A program made the translations under genes and the position numbers. A stretch of DNA of 64,000 nucleotides from Macrostomum lignano (taxonomy: Eukaryota), in NCBI GenBank assembly GCA_002269645.1, contig NIVC01002734.1, positions 81,223 to 145,222 on the forward strand, written 5' to 3'. The notes under the pieces are model-generated. The model was not told the DNA's origin and did not search any database. It saw nothing but the letters and a program-made list of their open reading frames with translations. Positions 58,135 through 64,000 of this stretch are shown piece by piece. How positions within the stretch are numbered: the first letter of the stretch is position 1; each line of letters begins with the position of its first letter.

Positions 58135-58784
58135 GGCTGGCTACTGAAGATTTTCTGATTGGAATCGCTTTGGTCCTTAGAGATTGGATCATTTGAAGTG
58201 GCGAAAAGCGCTGCTGCTTATAAAGACTCGCCAGCTGTGTGCTTCTGGTCGATTGATTCTAATAGTGTCTCTGCCACGTCATTGTAGCTCGTACACGTTC
58301 GTAGGTCTAAATAACTTAGAATATCTTCTTTTCGGCGGAATGAATTTTTTCAAAGTTAAATTAAAAAATTCATTTTTCTGAATTTATTTTTTTCACGTAG
58401 ACACTGAAAATATGGTAGATTGTTTCTTTCTTTTACTTTCAGGAATTCGGTTATTAGCTCAGCATTCTTGTCCAGTGCATTCCTGCGCAACTGAAGTCGT
58501 TTTTTGCATTTTAAGCATTGAAGTTTCAACAGATAGGTTTAGGTGTGTAAACAGACAGAAACTTTTGCATTGCTCTTCCTGTGAAACTGTTGCCAAGTCC
58601 AGCTGGACTTGTGTTCCGCATGTACATGTTAACCCTCGCTGCTTTCACCCAAGCAAAGCGTATGACACGGAATCAGCTGGAGTTGGGCTGCTGGATGAGT
58701 TCTGCACAAGATTGTGGGGTTAGACAGAACGTGCCGAGCTGCAGTTCCCACTTTTATCTATCTAGATAGCTGAGCTGCCTCTCG

Positions 58785-59345
58785 CTAAGCCTCCAGGTAA
58801 GTTTCCAGCTAAACTTCCAGCTAAATTTCCTGCTAAGCCTCCAGCTGAACCTCCAGCTGAACCTCTAGCTGAACCTCTAGCTGAACCTCCAGCTGCACCT
58901 CCAGCTGAACCTCCAGCTGAACCTCCAGCTGAACTTCCAGCTAAGTCTCCAGCTGAACCTCCAGCTGAACCTCCAGCTCAAATTTCAGCTAAGCCTTCAG
59001 CTGAACCTCCAGCTGAACTTCCAGCTAAGCCTTCAGCTGAACCTCCAGCTGAACTTCCAGCTAAGCCTTCAGCTGAACCTCCAGCTGAACATCCAGCTAA
59101 GTCTCCAACTGAGCCTCCAGCTGAACCTCCAGCTGAACCTCCAGCTGAGCCTCCAGCTGAACCTCCAGCTGAACCTCCAGCTGAACCTCCAGCTGAACCT
59201 CCAGCTGAACCTCCAGCTCAACTTTCAGCTGAGCCTCCAGCTGAGCCTCCAGCTGAACCTCCAGCTGAGCCTTCAGCTCAACCTTCAGCTGAACCTCCAG
59301 CTGAGCCTCCAGCTCAACCTCCAGCTCAACCTCCAGCTAAGCCTA
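58785..59345. repeat. 12-bp tandem array (cctccagctgaa)
   Basis: Direct reading; frame-preserving variants. Confidence 0.9.
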
Positions 59346-59794
59346 AGGGCTGATGCACACCCTAAAGGATCATTCACATCGACTGCAGTCAGAAGTTTAG
59401 AAGGCTCTGACAACACAAATATATTTATCTGAATAGAGCTCTCTATACACGAAGAATGCGCCACATAAAGACACTAAATACGAATGGTGGCATTAAATTG
59501 TAAAGCACTACTTTGCCTGGTGCTTAATCTGGTGGAAAATGTTGCTGCTGGTGATGTTGTTGGTGGGAGACCCCCCCCCTAAAAGGTTTTTGAGGATGCT
59601 TAAAGTGTTAAGAAACCCGTAGCAGTTCAGTGTCCAATTAAAAAGCTCCGGAGGAACAATTTATTTATCCATTTTTAAAACTCGACCGGTTTCGGCTGAA
59701 TGAATATTCAAGACATTCGAACAGAAATAGCAAAATGGACGCCACACCAGTTGCACCCAGGAACTACCATGGGGGCAAAATGAATCCGAAGTTA

Positions 59795-61395
59795 TGAGAG
59801 AGCGAGACCTGAGAGGAGAAGAGAGGAGAGGAGAGAGGGGAGATGAGAGAGGAGAGGCGAGAGCTGAGGGGAGAGAGGAGAGGAGAGAGGGAGATGAGAG
59901 AGGAGAGGCGAGAGCTGGGGGAGAGAGGAGAGGAGAGAGGGGAGATGAGAGAGGAGAGGCGAGAGCTGAGGGAGAGAGGAGAGGCGAGAGCTGAGGGGAG
60001 AGAGGAGAGGAGAGAGCTGAGGGGAGAGAGGAGAGGAGAGAGGGGAGATGAGAGAGGAGAGGCGAGAGCTGAGGGGAGAGAGGAGAGGCGAGAGCTGAGG
60101 GGAGAGAGGAGAGGAGAGAGGGGAGATGAGAGAGGCGAGGCGAGAGCTGAGGGGAGAGAGGAGAGGAGAGAGGGGAGATGAGAGAGGAGAGGCGAGAGCT
60201 GAGGGAGAGAGAAGAGGAGAGAGGGGAGATGAGAGAGGAGAGGCGAGAGCTGGGGGGAGAGAGGAGAGGAGAGAGGGGAGATGAGAGAGGAGAGGCGAGA
60301 GCTGAGGGGAGAGAGGAGAGGAGAGAGGGGAGATGAGAGAGGAGAGGCGAGAGCTGAGGGAGAGAGGAGAGGAGAGAGGGGAGATGAGAGAGGAGAGGCG
60401 AGAGCTGAGGGGAGAGAGGAGAGGAGAGAGGGGAGATGAGAGAGGAGAGGCGAGAGCTGAGGGAGAGAGAGGAGAGGAGAGAGGGGAGATGAGAGAGGAG
60501 AGGCGAGAGCTGAGGGGAGAGAGGAGAGGAGAGAGGGGAGATGAGAGAGGAGAGGCGAGAGCTGAGGGGAGAGAGGGGAGATGAGAGAGGAGAGGCGAGA
60601 GCTGAGGGGAGAGAGGAGAGGAGAGAGGGAGATGAGAGAGGCGAGGCGAGAGCTGAGGGGAGAGAGGAGAGGAGAGAGGGGAGATGAGAGAGGCGAGGCG
60701 AGAGCTGAGGGAGAGAGAGGGGAGATGAGAGAGGAGAGGCGAGAGCTGAGGGGAGAGAGGAGAGGAGAGAGGGGAGATGAGAGAGGCGAGGCGAGAGCTG
60801 AGGGGAGAGAGGAGAGGAGAGAGGGGAGATGAGAGAGGCGAGGCGAGAGCTGAGGGGAGAGAGGAGAGGAGAGAGGGGAGATGAGAGAGGAGAGGCGAGA
60901 GCTGAGGGGAGAGAGGGGAGATGAGAGAGGAGAGGCGAGAGCTGAGGGGAGAGAGGGGAGATGAGAGAGGAGAGGCCACAGCTGAGGGGAGAGAGGGGAG
61001 ATGAGAGAGGAGAGGCGAGAGCTGAGGGGAGAGAGGGGAGATGAGAGAGGAGAGGCCACAGCTGAGGGGAGAGAGGAGAGGAGAGAGGGGAGATGAGAGA
61101 GGAGAGGTGAGAGCTGAGAGGAGAAGAGAGGAGAGGAGAGAGGGAGATGAGAGAGGAGAGGCGAGAGCTGAGGGAGAGAGGAGAGGAGAGAGGGGAGATG
61201 AGAGAGGAGAGGCGAGAGCTGAGAGGAGAAGAGAGGAGAGGAGAGAGGGGAGATGAGAGAGGAGAGGCGAGAGCTGAGGGGAGAGAGGAGAGGAGAGAGG
61301 GGAGATGAGAGAGGAGAGGCGAGAGCTGAGAGGAGAAGAGAGGAGAGGAGAGAATGGAGATGAGAGAGGAGAGGCGAGAGCTGAGGGAGAAATCT
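59795..61395. repeat. Purine-rich GA minisatellite (gagaggagaggcgagagctgagggga.../gagatga variants)
   Basis: Nearly pure purine plus strand over 1.6 kb. Confidence 0.95.
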
Positions 61396-62134
61396 GAAAT
61401 GAGAGAGGAAAGAGTCTTTCAAATATTAAGTGACCAAATTTTTAAAATCTGCTTTTAATATAATTCATATAATTTAGTAAATTACTTCATAAAATATATC
61501 GGTTCTAATCACGTGTTGCGGTATGTTTCTGTCTAATGTTGGGTTTGGTTTTCACATACTGTGGTTCCAATATCATTCAAATATAATAGTGACATACAAT
61601 TAAAATAGTGTTTTCTTCGCTTGAGTCACTGATAATAGAATAAGATAGGCTACTAAGCTACTATCAGGTAAGTAGTAAGTTAAACTGAAGCATTTTATCT
61701 ACTTTAAGACAAGGCTAATTTTATTGGCTCTAACCCTCTCCTCTAAGCTTAAACCCTCTCTAACTGCGTCTTTTTACACAAAATCTAGCCCCTACCTGCA
61801 ATGTACATTTCAGTAGCGTTGGCTAGTGTACATTTTTATGGTTGAACCAATTAGAAAGCTGTTTACGCCTGCAAGCTTGGATTCCAAACTTTACGAGCTA
61901 TCAAAGTCATTTCAGTCGCCTTTATTCTTTAAAAAAAGCTTATGTACTCTTTTTTACTACTGAACTGGAAGTGTATAACTGTTTTACTAATCACCAAGTG
62001 CCTAACTATATCTAATCTAAGTATATATCTCTGGCTGGAGCTAACACAATCTAGATTAAGTAGATTTATCTGTGCGTCAGTTGCGCTTTAAGTTTTAACA
62101 ACGGAAACTGAACAATTCAAACAAAAATCTTCTG

Positions 62135-63569
62135 TCAGGCATTGCGGATAAAGGCGTCCAGCTTTGCTATGAGATCTTTGACACTTGTTTCCAGCTCAGC
62201 GACTCTGAAATTGCAATTAGAAGTGGATCTGTTAGGTCTCTTTGCCTCAGGCACTCCCAAGGATAGCTGGTTAATAGAGCTTTAGATGGAAACCAGACCT
62301 GAATGAGTCTGAGGGGAAGGGAAAGCAGACCTGAATGAATCTGAGGGGAAGGGAAAGCAGACCTGAATGAGTCTGAGGGGAAGGGAAAGCAGACCTGAAT
62401 GAATCTGAGGGGAAGGGAAACCAGACCTGAATGAATCTGAGGGGAAGGGAAACCAGACCTGAATGAATCTGAGGGAAGGGAAACCAGACCTGAATGGGTC
62501 TGAGGGGAAGGGAAACCAGACCTGAATGAATCTGAGGGGAAGGGAAACCAGACCTGAATGGGTCTGAGGGGAAGGGAAACCAGACCTGAATGAATCTGAG
62601 GGGAAGGGAAACCAGACCTGAATGAATCTGAGGGGAAGGGAAAGCAGACCTGAATGAATCTGAGGGGAAGGGAAAGCAGACCTGAATGAGTCTGAGGGGA
62701 AGGGAAAGCAGACCTGAATGAATCTGAGGGGAAGGGAAAGCAGACCTGAATGGGTCTGAGGGAAGGCAAAGCAGACCTGAATGGGTCTGAGCGGAAGGGA
62801 AACCAGACCTGAATGGGTCTGAGAGGAAGGGAGAGCAGACCTGAAGGAATCTGAGGGGAAGGGAAACCAGACCTGAAGGAATCTGAGGGGAAGGGAAAGC
62901 AGACCTGAATGGGTCTGAGGGGAAGGGAAAGCAAACCTGAATGGGTCTGAGGGGAAGGGAAAGCAGACCTGAAGGAATCTGAGGGGAAGGGAAGCAGACC
63001 TGAATGAGTCTGAGAGGAAGGGAAACCAGACCTGAAGGAATCTGAGGGGAAGGGAAACCAGACCTGAATGGGTCTGAGGGGAAGGGAAACCAGACCTGAA
63101 GGAATCTGAGGGGAAGGGAAACCAGACCTGAATGAGTCTGAGGGGAAGGGAAACCAGACCTGAATGGGTCTGAGGGAAGGGAAAGCAGACCTGAATGAGT
63201 CTGAGGGGAAGGGAAAGCAGACCTGAATGAGTCTGACCAGACCTGAAGGCATCCCTCAAGAATGAAGAACTGAGCTAAACTGATAAACCAGCATGCTGCA
63301 ATCCAACCAGCTGAAAAAGTTTTCAATTCCTCACCTGCGGCTCTGCTGCTGTACAGCTCCCTCAGGCCTTCATCTCCCAGTCTCAGATTTCTCTCCGCTC
63401 CCCTCGGCTCTCTGAGCAGTTTTGTAAGCTCGATAATCTTTCTCAAAGCTGCCCTGAACACAGCCTTGAGTCCAGTGTAGGTGCGGTTGGGATAGACCTC
63501 CATGTGGGAGCGGTGGAACCGGCGCTGGAAATACCTGGGAAGTGTCTCACCTCGTAGATTTAGATTGAT
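62135..63569 (-). CDS. TRPA1-like: Last two exons of a second TRPA1-like copy (62204-62135; 63569-63335), inverted relative to the first and probably continuing beyond the window
   Basis: Near-identical to 52180-54260, including the intron. Last exon reads RVAELETSVKDLIAKLDAFIRNA*. The penultimate exon is 235 nt vs 239 nt, with small indels (errors or decay). Confidence 0.7.
62287..63245. repeat. Inverted copy of the 32-bp intronic minisatellite, ~30 units
   Basis: Reverse complement of the unit at 52505-54110. Confidence 0.95.
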
Positions 63570-63674
63570 CTGAGCGACAGGTGCGAGACGAGGTTTTCGT
63601 GTAGTCAGCAGTCAATCGAAGTATTTGGAAAATATTTTCAAAATTCTCATGCGACTATATCTACAGTCTACGTG

Positions 63675-63925
63675 ATGTCAATGGCGCCAATCCTACAGTC
63701 CTCATGGCGCCAATCCTACAGTCCTCATGGCGCCAATCCTACAGTCCTCATGGCGCCAATCCTACAGTCCTCATGGCGCCAATCCTACAGTCCGCATGGC
63801 GCCAATCCTACAGTCCTCATGGCGCAATCCTACAGTCCTCATGGCGCCAATCCTACAGTCCTCATGGCCGCAATCCTACAGTCCTCATGGCGCCAATCCT
63901 ACAGTCCTCATTGGCGCCAATCCTA
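63675..63925. repeat. 23-bp minisatellite (atggcgccaatcctacagtcctc)
   Basis: Direct reading. Confidence 0.95.
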
Positions 63926-64000
63926 CAGTCTACGTGACGCCAACTTTGCTCTCTGGAGCGCACCACAGTGTAGTCCACTTGAAAGCGAGAAGCGTTGAAA

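Noticed and set aside
59764-61422. S/P/L-rich and E/R/G-rich ORFs
   Set aside because: Artefacts of the GA purine tract.

Overview
Eukaryotic (invertebrate animal) genomic DNA, very rich in tandem repeats and TE relics. The style recalls flatworm (Macrostomum-like) assemblies, but that is inference only. The first 26.5 kb is one composite element (204-26546) with ~215-bp terminal inverted repeats and a 9-bp target-site duplication (cagataaaa), which are Mutator-type hallmarks. Inside are two giant foldbacks joined end to end: A-B-loop1-B'-C-loop2-C'-A'. The arms are ~4-5.5 kb and carry strand-polarised C/G-rich minisatellites. The element sits in the subterminal repeats of another MULE, whose FLYWCH-DDE transposase lies just downstream (26778-28439, minus). 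Next come an intronless C-type lectin/PAN gene, a 5'-truncated RTE-like LINE with TSD, a tRNA-derived SINE and a mariner relic. A 24-exon TRPA1-like channel gene follows (36468-54260, ~1118 aa, one apparent 1-nt frameshift), and many of its introns hold minisatellites. After it are a copia relic with a nested SINE, a two-exon fibrinogen-domain gene, more arrays, and an inverted (tail-to-tail) second copy of the last two TRPA exons that probably continues past the window end. No rRNA, true tRNA or CRISPR array was seen.
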